Part shown: positions 55,924-64,000 of the stretch, piece after piece
Numbering within the stretch: position 1 is the stretch's first letter
How the letters are laid out: each line of letters starts with the position of its first letter
Origin: Escherichia coli
Lineage (GTDB): Bacteria; Pseudomonadota; Gammaproteobacteria; Enterobacterales; Enterobacteriaceae
NCBI RefSeq assembly: GCF_048403405.1
Contig: NZ_CP183129.1
Strand: one strand, 5' to 3'
Length of the DNA stretch: 64,000 nucleotides
The notes under the pieces: model-generated
The model's input: the letters and a program-made list of their open reading frames with translations, nothing else
Databases searched by the model: none
What the model was told of the DNA's origin: nothing
Translations under genes and position numbers: made by a program

Positions 55924-57774
55924 ATGGAATTTGAAGAACGCTATTTCCGGGAAGAACTCGATTACCTGCGCCAGCTTAGCAAGCTGCTGGCAACGGAAAA
56001 ACCCCATCTGGCCCGCTTCCTGGCCGAAAAAGATGCAGATCCGGATATTGAACGCCTGCTGGAAGGGGTGGCTTTTCTTACCGGCAATCTCCGCCAGAAA
56101 ATTGAGGATGAATTCCCAGAACTGACGCACGGGCTTATTAAGATGCTATGGCCTAATTACCTGCGTCCGGTTCCGGCAATGACCCTTATTGAATATACGC
56201 CGGATATGGATAAGTCTTCTGTACCGGTGTTAATCCCCCGTAATGAGCAGTTTACAACCAACGCCGGGGAAATCAGAGTTGATGAAGTGCTGCCCTCTGA
56301 TGCTAAAAAGGAGGAGCCTCCTCCCTGTACCTTCACCCTCTGCCGGGATATCTGGCTGCTGCCCGTTCGCCTGGAGCAGATTGAAAACCGCAGTACGACC
56401 CGTAATGGTGTTATCAACATCACCTTTTCGGTCGCACCGGGAACGGACTTCCGCACGCTGGATCTGAACAAACTTCGCTTCTGGCTCGGCAATGACGACA
56501 ACTATACCCGTGACCAGCTTTATTTATGGTTCTGTGAATACTTGCAGGGTGCCGACCTGACTGTGGGTGAACAGCATATTCGCCTGCCTGAGTTTATGCT
56601 GAAAGCTGTCGGTTTTGAGCCGCAGGATGCCATGCTGCCCTGGCCGAAAAACGTCCACAGCGGCTACCGGATCCTTCAGGAGTATTTCTGTTACCCCGAT
56701 GCGTTTCTCTTTTTTGATCTTTGTGGTTGTCCGGCTTTGCCTGACGGATTGCAGGCGGAATTCTTTACCCTGCAACTGCGTTTTTCGCGCCCTTTGCCCG
56801 TGGACATCCGGCTGCGCCGCGATTCCCTGCGCCTGTATTGCGCACCTGCCATTAATTTATTTATCCACCATGCAGAAGCCATCACGCTGGACAACCGGCG
56901 GGCAGACTATCCGCTGGTTCCCAGCCGCCATTACCCACAACATTACGATGTATTTTCCGTTAACAGTGTGGTGAGCCAGGTCCAGGATATGTTCAGGAAA
57001 AAAGATCTGGGGCGTCCTGTTTCGACGCAGGCCGCGCGCCAGTGGCCAGCCTTTGAAAGTTTCAGCCATCAGATGGAATACAGCCGGAAGCGGGAAGTGG
57101 TGTACTGGCATCACCGGACCAAAACATCCCTGTTCCATCGCGGCTTTGATCATACTCTTGCCTTTATACATGCTGATGGCAGTTATCCGTCAGATGAATC
57201 TCTGCTCAGTAATGAAGTGGTTTCGGTATCGCTGACCTGTACCAACCGTGAGCTTCCGTCACAAATTCGTTCCGGCGATATCACCGGCACAACCGGTAAA
57301 AATGCGGCTGTTGCTTCATTTCGCAACATTACCCGCCCGACGCAACCACTCTGGCCGGTCATTGATGGCAGCCTGCACTGGTCCCTACTCTCCGCCATGA
57401 ACCTGAATTATCTGTCATTACTGGATACGGACGCGCTGAAGCAGGTCATCGCCAACTTTGATCGCCACGCAATCCATCATCCGCAGACGGCGCGGCTGTC
57501 ACAACAAAAGCTGGATGCCATTGAGCGTCTGGAGACTCGCCCTGTCGACCGCCTGTTTACGGGCATTCCCGTCCGGGGGCTGGCCTCCACGCTGTATCTG
57601 CACCCGGAGCCGTTTGTCTGTGAAGGGGAAATGTATCTGCTCGGTACGGTGCTTTCGCATTTTCTGTCGCTGTACGCCAGCGTTAACTCATTCCACATGC
57701 TGACCGTTGTGAACACAGAAAGCCAGGAGACATGGAAATGGACGGAAAGAACCGGGCAGCATCCTCTTATCTGA
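55924..57774 (+). CDS. tssF: T6SS baseplate protein TssF
   Basis: 616 aa; YFREELDYLRQL... DPDIERLLEGVAFLTG. Confidence 0.85.
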   Translation: MEFEERYFREELDYLRQLSKLLATEKPHLARFLAEKDADPDIERLLEGVAFLTGNLRQKIEDEFPELTHGLIKMLWPNYLRPVPAMTLIEYTPDMDKSSVPVLIPRNEQFTTNAGEIRVDEVLPSDAKKEEPPPCTFTLCRDIWLLPVRLEQIENRSTTRNGVINITFSVAPGTDFRTLDLNKLRFWLGNDDNYTRDQLYLWFCEYLQGADLTVGEQHIRLPEFMLKAVGFEPQDAMLPWPKNVHSGYRILQEYFCYPDAFLFFDLCGCPALPDGLQAEFFTLQLRFSRPLPVDIRLRRDSLRLYCAPAINLFIHHAEAITLDNRRADYPLVPSRHYPQHYDVFSVNSVVSQVQDMFRKKDLGRPVSTQAARQWPAFESFSHQMEYSRKREVVYWHHRTKTSLFHRGFDHTLAFIHADGSYPSDESLLSNEVVSVSLTCTNRELPSQIRSGDITGTTGKNAAVASFRNITRPTQPLWPVIDGSLHWSLLSAMNLNYLSLLDTDALKQVIANFDRHAIHHPQTARLSQQKLDAIERLETRPVDRLFTGIPVRGLASTLYLHPEPFVCEGEMYLLGTVLSHFLSLYASVNSFHMLTVVNTESQETWKWTERTGQHPLI

Positions 57775-58820
57775 GTCCGGGAAATCCCCCGGCAGATAAA
57801 GAGCAGAATGATCCGCTGGCACAGGTTTTTCATAACGCCTGCTCTTACAATTTTTTTGCGATGGCGGAGCTGTTGCACCGCCTGGCACAGGGTGAAAAGG
57901 GGACGCCGGAATTATCCCTGCGCGACGATCCGGCACAGGAAACCCTGCGTTTCAGCGCCGATGCCAGCCTTGCGTTTCCCCTGAGTGATATCAGTGCGCT
58001 GAAACGGGATACGTCAGGGGCATTCAGGATGACCACTACCTTTATGGGGTTACAGGGGAGCCAGTCGCCTCTCCCCGGTTATTACCTCGATCACCTGGCC
58101 TGGAAAGCGGTACATGAACAAAGTCCGGTAGGTGATTTTCTGGATATGTTCAGCCACCGCCTGACCCAGTTTGTCTGGCATATCTGGCGTAAGTACCGCT
58201 ATCACATCAGTTTTCGTAACGGCGGTGTGGATGCGTTCTCGCAGCGCATGTACTCCCTTGTTGGGCTGGGCCACCGCCAGCTTCGCGATAAGCTGGCGAT
58301 TAATCACAGCAAAATGCTGGCGTATTCCGGGATCCTGGCAAATCCGGGACGATCCCCGGAAATAATCTGCGGTCTGGTGTCCCACTGTTTTGATTTGTCA
58401 GACGTGACGCTGCAAAACTGGCAACGTCGCAAGGTGGATATTGAACCGGATCAGCAAAATAGCCTGGGGAGTTATTCACTTAAAAATGGCGAAAAACTGG
58501 CAGGAAGATCGGTACTGGGCAACTTTGTTCTGGGTACACGGGTGCCCGATCTCAGCGGAAAATTCCAGCTCAGTATTACCAGCCTGACCCGAAAACAGTT
58601 CCTCTCTTTTCTGCCGTCCGGCGAAAACTTCCTGCCACTGACGATGTTTGTGTCCTTCATCCTGCGCGATCAGCTTGCCTGGGACTTACATCTGGGGCTG
58701 GCGCCGGAGCAGGTGGGCGCAATGCGCCTGGGCGATAACAAAAGTGCGCTGCTGGGCTGGACCAGCTTCCTCGGCACACCGGAAGAACGACCTTCAGTCA
58801 CCATCAGGGTACGGTCGTAA
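57732..58820 (+). CDS. tssG: T6SS baseplate protein TssG
   Basis: 362 aa, overlaps tssF end. Confidence 0.8.
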   Translation: MEMDGKNRAASSYLSPGNPPADKEQNDPLAQVFHNACSYNFFAMAELLHRLAQGEKGTPELSLRDDPAQETLRFSADASLAFPLSDISALKRDTSGAFRMTTTFMGLQGSQSPLPGYYLDHLAWKAVHEQSPVGDFLDMFSHRLTQFVWHIWRKYRYHISFRNGGVDAFSQRMYSLVGLGHRQLRDKLAINHSKMLAYSGILANPGRSPEIICGLVSHCFDLSDVTLQNWQRRKVDIEPDQQNSLGSYSLKNGEKLAGRSVLGNFVLGTRVPDLSGKFQLSITSLTRKQFLSFLPSGENFLPLTMFVSFILRDQLAWDLHLGLAPEQVGAMRLGDNKSALLGWTSFLGTPEERPSVTIRVRS

Positions 58821-58823
58821 ATT

Positions 58824-60125
58824 ATGATAATCACGGAGCAGAATATGCCGGAAGAGAAACTACAGACGCTTTCATTGCAGGTCATTAACGGCAGTGAGCT
58901 GGAAAGCGGGCGGGCGGCGCGCTGTCTGTTCACACAGCAGGGAAATGTCGGCCATGGCCCCGAATGCCACTGGTCGGTACAGGATCGTCAGCAGAGCATT
59001 CCGGCTCAGGCTTTTACCGTTATCCTGCACGATGGCACATTTTGTCTGCGCCCGCAGACGGCACAACTGTGGCTGAACCAAGCAAAAGTCACAGCAACAT
59101 CAGACCTGATACAGCTGCGCCAGGGCGATGAGATCCAGATAGGGCGTCTGATGGTGAGGGTTCATCTGAACCGGGGAGATATCCCCCATTACGATGAGGA
59201 AATGGCCACTCCCGAAACCATCGTCACCAATCGCGATATGCTCACGGATACCCTGCTGTCAACGGAGGGTGCGCCACACTATCCGGGAATGACTCACCGG
59301 CATCAGCTTGCAGACACCGTGGTAAACGGTTTTTCTGCCGATCCACTCCAGGCTCTTCAGTCCGAAAGCCTGATTACCACGGGCGATCCGCTTTCAGGCA
59401 TTGCGGCTGTCCGGCCATCGGCACCGCTGTCCGATCCGGCAAGTAATGGGGGGATCAATACGCCGTTTATGGATCTGCCGCCCATTTATGCCAGCCCCGG
59501 CGATCGTAATGATGACGTCTCTGTGGCAGAAATGGCGCAACGCCACCTTGCGGTCACCCCCTTACTGCGCGGTCTCGGCGGTTCGCTTACCGTGAGCAAT
59601 TCCGACGATGCGGATGATTTTCTGGAAGAGGCCGGACGAACGTTACAGGCCGCAATAAAAGGTCTGCTCGATTTGCAGCAACAGCGTAACAGCCTCTCAG
59701 ACAAACATTTGCGCCCGCTGGAAGATAACCCGCTGCGCCTGAACATGGATTACGCCACCGCGCTCGACGTGATGTTTGCCGAAGGTAAAAGTCCGGTACA
59801 TCTGGCGGCTCCCGCCGCTGTCAGTGAAAGCCTGCGCAATGTCCGCCACCACGAAGAAGCTAACCGGGCAGCGATTGTGGAGTCGCTTCGTGTCCTGCTG
59901 GATGCTTTCTCACCACAAAATCTGCTGCGCCGCTTTGTGCAGTACCGCCGCAGCCATGAACTGCGCCAGCCGCTGGATGATGCCGGAGCATGGCAAATGT
60001 ACAGCCATTATTACGAAGAACTGGCCTCCGATCGCCAGCAGGGGTTTGAGATGCTGTTTAACGAGGTCTACGCCCAGGTCTATGACCGGGTGCTTCGTGA
60101 AAAACAGCGGGAGCCGGAAGCATGA
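58824..60125 (+). CDS. tagH: FHA-domain T6SS-associated protein (TagH/Fha-like)
   Basis: N-terminal FHA-like fold region (...QGNVGHGPECHWSVQDRQ...LRQGDEIQIGRLMVRVH). Confidence 0.7.
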   Translation: MIITEQNMPEEKLQTLSLQVINGSELESGRAARCLFTQQGNVGHGPECHWSVQDRQQSIPAQAFTVILHDGTFCLRPQTAQLWLNQAKVTATSDLIQLRQGDEIQIGRLMVRVHLNRGDIPHYDEEMATPETIVTNRDMLTDTLLSTEGAPHYPGMTHRHQLADTVVNGFSADPLQALQSESLITTGDPLSGIAAVRPSAPLSDPASNGGINTPFMDLPPIYASPGDRNDDVSVAEMAQRHLAVTPLLRGLGGSLTVSNSDDADDFLEEAGRTLQAAIKGLLDLQQQRNSLSDKHLRPLEDNPLRLNMDYATALDVMFAEGKSPVHLAAPAAVSESLRNVRHHEEANRAAIVESLRVLLDAFSPQNLLRRFVQYRRSHELRQPLDDAGAWQMYSHYYEELASDRQQGFEMLFNEVYAQVYDRVLREKQREPEA

Positions 60126-60646
60126 ACAGGAAGGCGTTTCTGGCCTGCGTGCTGATGTGCGTCATATTAACCGGCTGCGAAACGGCGAAAAAAATCAGCG
60201 AGGTGATCAAAAACCCGGATATCCAGGTCGGGAGCCTGAAGGAGCAACCTTCGGAAATAACCGTCACCCTGCTGACCGAACCGGACACCAATACCAATGC
60301 GGAGGGTGAATCAGCCGCCGTGGATGTGCAACTGGTGTACCTGACTGACGACTCAAAATTGCTGGCAGCCGACTATGACCAGATAGCCAGTACGCCGCTA
60401 CCGGATGTGCTGGGTAAAAACTATATCGACCACCAGGATTTCAACCTGTTGCCGGACACCATCAAAACCCTGCCGCCGGTAAAGCTGGATGAGAAAACGC
60501 AGTTTATTGGTGTCGTGGCCTATTTCTCCGATGACCAGGCCACTGAATGGAAACAAATCGAGACGGTGGAAGGAACCGGCCACCATTACCGCCTGCTGGT
60601 GCATGTACGTCAAAGCAGCATCGAAATGAAAAAAGAGGATGAATAA
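60122..60646 (+). CDS. tssJ: T6SS outer-membrane lipoprotein TssJ
   Basis: Lipobox ILTGC after signal peptide MNRKAFLACVLMCV; 174 aa. Confidence 0.75.
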   Translation: MNRKAFLACVLMCVILTGCETAKKISEVIKNPDIQVGSLKEQPSEITVTLLTEPDTNTNAEGESAAVDVQLVYLTDDSKLLAADYDQIASTPLPDVLGKNYIDHQDFNLLPDTIKTLPPVKLDEKTQFIGVVAYFSDDQATEWKQIETVEGTGHHYRLLVHVRQSSIEMKKEDE

Positions 60647-60648
60647 TT

Positions 60649-61980
60649 ATGGCAACCACCCGCAACAAGGTGATGTGGCAGGAAGGGATGCTGATGCGCC
60701 CACACCATTTCCAGCAACAGCAGCGTTACAACGACTACCTGGATAACCAGCGTTTCCGGGCCATGAATGATTTATCCTGGGGATTTACCGAACTCACCCT
60801 CAACAATGAACTGCTGGCGCAGGGTAAGATCATGATTGACAGCGCGTCAGGCACACTGCCCGACGGCACCGTCTTTTCTATCCCCGACCAGGACGCACTG
60901 CCCGATCCGCTGCACCCGCAACATTTTCCGGACGAAAGAAGCCGCAATATTTACCTCGCTCTGCCGGTCGCCAGTGATGTGAGAAATGAAATCAGCGACG
61001 GGCGGCGAATCGGGCGTTACCGGCTGAATTATGCCGATGTCCGGGATCTGCATTCAGAAGAAGGTGACGCGCGAACACTGACGCTGGGTCAACTGACGCC
61101 GCGCATTATGAGCGGTGCAGAAGATATGAGCGCCTATATTACGCTCCCGCTTTGCCGTATCAGCGATCGCCATGCCGACGGCTCCCTGACGCTGGATGAC
61201 GATTTTATCCCCTCCTGCCAGAATATTCAGGTCAGTAAGAAACTGCGTGTTTATCTCAAAGAGGTACAGGGGGCCATTGGCGGACGGGCAAGCGATCTGG
61301 CAAACCGCATTGGCTCTCCGGCGCAGAGCGGCATCGCGGATGTGGCGGAATTTATGATGTTGCAGTTACTTAACCGTAACCAGACCCGGTTTACCCATCG
61401 CGCTCGTCGATCCCAGCTCCACCCGGAAGATTTCTACCTTGATCTTGCCGGGTTGCTGGGTGAACTGATGACCTTTACCGAGCCGTCGCGCCTGCCCTGC
61501 CCGCTTGATGTGTATGATCATCATGACCTGACCAAAACATTTAAAACGCTGTTACCGGAAGTCAAACGGGCGCTGCATACCGTACTGTCGCCAAGAGCCG
61601 TTAATCTGCCGCTGCATCTGCGTGACGGTATCTGGCAGGCCGATATCCATGACACAGAACTGCTGCAATCTGCCACCTTTGTGCTGGCCGTGGCGGCAAA
61701 CATGCCGGTCGATCAGATCCAGCGCCAGTTTATCCAGCAGTCGAAAATTTCCTCGCCGGAAAAAATCCGCAATATGGTCAGTGTGCAGATACCCGGCATT
61801 CCATTGCGTGCCCTGATGGTGGCTCCCCGCCAGCTTCCTTACCATTCCGGGTTCAGCTATTTCGAACTCGACAAGAGCGGCCAGGCCTGGACAGAAATGG
61901 CTGCCGCCGGGGCCGTTGCACTGCATGTATCCGGCAGTTTCCCGGATCTGAACATGCAACTGTGGGCGATAAGAGGGTAA
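60649..61980 (+). CDS. tssK: T6SS baseplate protein TssK
   Basis: 443 aa; N-terminal VMWQEGMLMRPHHFQQQ motif. Confidence 0.85.
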   Translation: MATTRNKVMWQEGMLMRPHHFQQQQRYNDYLDNQRFRAMNDLSWGFTELTLNNELLAQGKIMIDSASGTLPDGTVFSIPDQDALPDPLHPQHFPDERSRNIYLALPVASDVRNEISDGRRIGRYRLNYADVRDLHSEEGDARTLTLGQLTPRIMSGAEDMSAYITLPLCRISDRHADGSLTLDDDFIPSCQNIQVSKKLRVYLKEVQGAIGGRASDLANRIGSPAQSGIADVAEFMMLQLLNRNQTRFTHRARRSQLHPEDFYLDLAGLLGELMTFTEPSRLPCPLDVYDHHDLTKTFKTLLPEVKRALHTVLSPRAVNLPLHLRDGIWQADIHDTELLQSATFVLAVAANMPVDQIQRQFIQQSKISSPEKIRNMVSVQIPGIPLRALMVAPRQLPYHSGFSYFELDKSGQAWTEMAAAGAVALHVSGSFPDLNMQLWAIRG

Positions 61981-61984
61981 GACG

Positions 61985-62746
61985 ATGGATGAGGGGTCAC
62001 TGTCTCTGCCACCATTTACCGGACACCACGAAAAAAGCCAGCGCGACTATCATCTCGCGCTTCGTGGCAACAGCCTGAATCCGATGATCGACGCAGCCAC
62101 GCCGCTCCTCGGTATGGTGATGCGCCTTTCAACCATGAACAGTCAGACGATGCCGGAGCATCTTTTTGCTCAGGTGGTGACGGATGTTCAGGCCGTGGAG
62201 CAACTGCTTCAGGAGCAGGGCTACGAACCGGGCGTGATTATCTCGTTTCGCTACATCCTCTGCACGTTTATTGATGAAGCGGCGCTCGGTAACGGCTGGT
62301 CGAACAAGAACGAGTGGATCAAGCAGTCATTGCTGGTCCATTTCCACAACGAAGCCTGGGGTGGAGAGAAAGTTTTCATCCTGCTGGAGCGCCTGATCCG
62401 TGAACCCAAACGTTACCAGGATCTGCTGGAATTTCTCTGGCTCTGTTTTTCTCTGGGATTTCGCGGGCGCTACAAAGTGGCAGCACAGGATCAGGGGGAA
62501 TTTGAGCAGATCTACCGCCGCCTGTACCACGTCCTGCATAAACTACGCGGCGATGCCCCTTTCCCGCTGTTACACCAGGACAAAAAAACCCAGGGCGGGC
62601 GTTATCAGCTCATCAGTCGCCTGACCATTAAACATATTTTTTGTGGTGGCGTTGTCGTGCTGGCGTTGTTTTACCTGTTCTATCTGTTGCGGTTGGACAG
62701 CCAGACGCAGGACATCCTGCACCAGCTAAACAAATTACTTCGATAA
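61985..62746 (+). CDS. tssL: T6SS membrane protein TssL (DotU/IcmH-like)
   Basis: 253 aa with a single C-terminal TM (VVVLALFYLFYLL). Confidence 0.8.
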   Translation: MDEGSLSLPPFTGHHEKSQRDYHLALRGNSLNPMIDAATPLLGMVMRLSTMNSQTMPEHLFAQVVTDVQAVEQLLQEQGYEPGVIISFRYILCTFIDEAALGNGWSNKNEWIKQSLLVHFHNEAWGGEKVFILLERLIREPKRYQDLLEFLWLCFSLGFRGRYKVAAQDQGEFEQIYRRLYHVLHKLRGDAPFPLLHQDKKTQGGRYQLISRLTIKHIFCGGVVVLALFYLFYLLRLDSQTQDILHQLNKLLR

Positions 62747-62754
62747 GGACGTTT

Positions 62755-64000
62755 ATGATCCAGATTGATCTTCCCACGCTGGTAAAACGGCTTAACCTGT
62801 TCTCCCGCCAGGCGCTGGAGATGGCCGCCTCTGAATGTATGAGCCAGCAGGCAGCGGAAATTACCGTCAGCCATGTGCTTATTCAGATGCTCGCCATGCC
62901 ACGCAGCGACCTGCGGGTTATTACCCGCCAGGGCGATATTGGCATGGAAGAGTTGCGCCAGGCGCTGACGGTGGAGAACTACACAACTGCCCGTTCTGCG
63001 GACAGCTACCCGGCATTTTCCCCGATGCTGGTTGAGTGGCTGAAAGAGGGCTGGCTGCTGGCGTCGGCTGAGATGCAGCACAGCGAATTGCGTGGCGGCG
63101 TGTTGCTGCTGGCCCTGCTGCATTCGCCGCTGCGTTATATACCGCCTGCTGCCGCCCGGTTGTTGACCGGCATTAACCGTGACCGTCTGCAACAGGACTT
63201 TGTACAGTGGACACAGGAGTCGGCGGAATCAGTCGTGCCGGATGCAGACGGTAAAGTCGCAGGCACACTGACGGACGCTGCTGACACCCTGCTTGCCCGC
63301 TACGCCAAAAACATGACCGCAGACGCCCGTAACGGCAGGCTTGACCCGGTACTGTGCCGCGACCACGAAATCGACCTGATGATCGACATTCTCTGCCGCC
63401 GCCGCAAGAACAACCCGGTGGTGGTGGGCGAAGCAGGCGTGGGTAAAAGTGCCTTAATCGAAGGGCTGGCGCTGCGCATCGTGGCAGGCCAGGTGCCGGA
63501 CAAACTGAAAAACACCGATATCATGACCCTTGACCTAGGCGCATTGCAGGCCGGGGCGTCGGTGAAGGGCGAATTCGAAAAACGCTTCAAGGGGCTGATG
63601 GCGGAGGTCATTTCCTCTCCGGTGCCGGTCATTCTGTTTATTGACGAAGCACATACCCTGATTGGCGCGGGCAACCAGCAGGGCGGGCTGGATATCTCCA
63701 ACCTGCTCAAACCGGCGCTGGCGCGCGGCGAACTGAAAACCATCGCCGCCACCACCTGGAGCGAATACAAAAAATACTTCGAGAAAGATGCCGCCCTGTC
63801 GCGCCGCTTCCAGCTGGTGAAGGTCAGCGAACCCAACGCCGCCGAAGCCACCATTATTCTGCGTGGTCTGTCGGCGGTCTATGAACAGTCTCACGGCGTG
63901 CTGATTGATGATGACGCCTTGCAGGCCGCAGCAACGCTGAGCGAACGTTATCTCTCCGGGCGTCAGTTGCCGGACAAAGCCATTGATGTGCTGGATACCG
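62755..64000 (+). CDS. clpV: T6SS AAA+ ATPase ClpV (TssH), 5' part; continues beyond window
   Basis: Walker A GEAGVGKSAL; Clp N-domain; ORF open to the window end. Confidence 0.9.
   Translation, partial: MIQIDLPTLVKRLNLFSRQALEMAASECMSQQAAEITVSHVLIQMLAMPRSDLRVITRQGDIGMEELRQALTVENYTTARSADSYPAFSPMLVEWLKEGWLLASAEMQHSELRGGVLLLALLHSPLRYIPPAAARLLTGINRDRLQQDFVQWTQESAESVVPDADGKVAGTLTDAADTLLARYAKNMTADARNGRLDPVLCRDHEIDLMIDILCRRRKNNPVVVGEAGVGKSALIEGLALRIVAGQVPDKLKNTDIMTLDLGALQAGASVKGEFEKRFKGLMAEVISSPVPVILFIDEAHTLIGAGNQQGGLDISNLLKPALARGELKTIAATTWSEYKKYFEKDAALSRRFQLVKVSEPNAAEATIILRGLSAVYEQSHGVLIDDDALQAAATLSERYLSGRQLPDKAIDVLDT

Overview
This window reads as Escherichia coli chromosome, in reverse orientation relative to the K-12 MG1655 map as I recall it (roughly the ecp/pao to proBA to dinB to fadE/yafV stretch). 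The conserved backbone carries three accessory patches. (1) An island next to tRNA-Thr (thrW) holds a truncated P4-like integrase, an IS3-family element split by two inverted IS26 copies, and a LysR / hydrolase / MFS cargo module. (2) Between pepD and dinB, prfH-rtcB2 is intact, and a Flag-2 deletion scar (lafU/lfhA fragments) lies beyond dinB. (3) From about 43 kb to the window end lies a type VI secretion (T6SS) island: tssB-C-E-F-G-tagH-tssJ-K-L-clpV on the + strand, and hcp-vgrG-PAAR/Rhs-immunity on the - strand, ending in an ISAs1 (H-repeat) transposase and an IS256-like fragment. The most promising candidate for something undescribed is the Rhs C-terminal toxin tip with its translationally coupled 125-aa immunity gene; I could not assign the tip to a known toxin family by eye. 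No rRNA or CRISPR array was seen. All gene identities come from reading the translated ORFs against remembered protein families; no database search was run.
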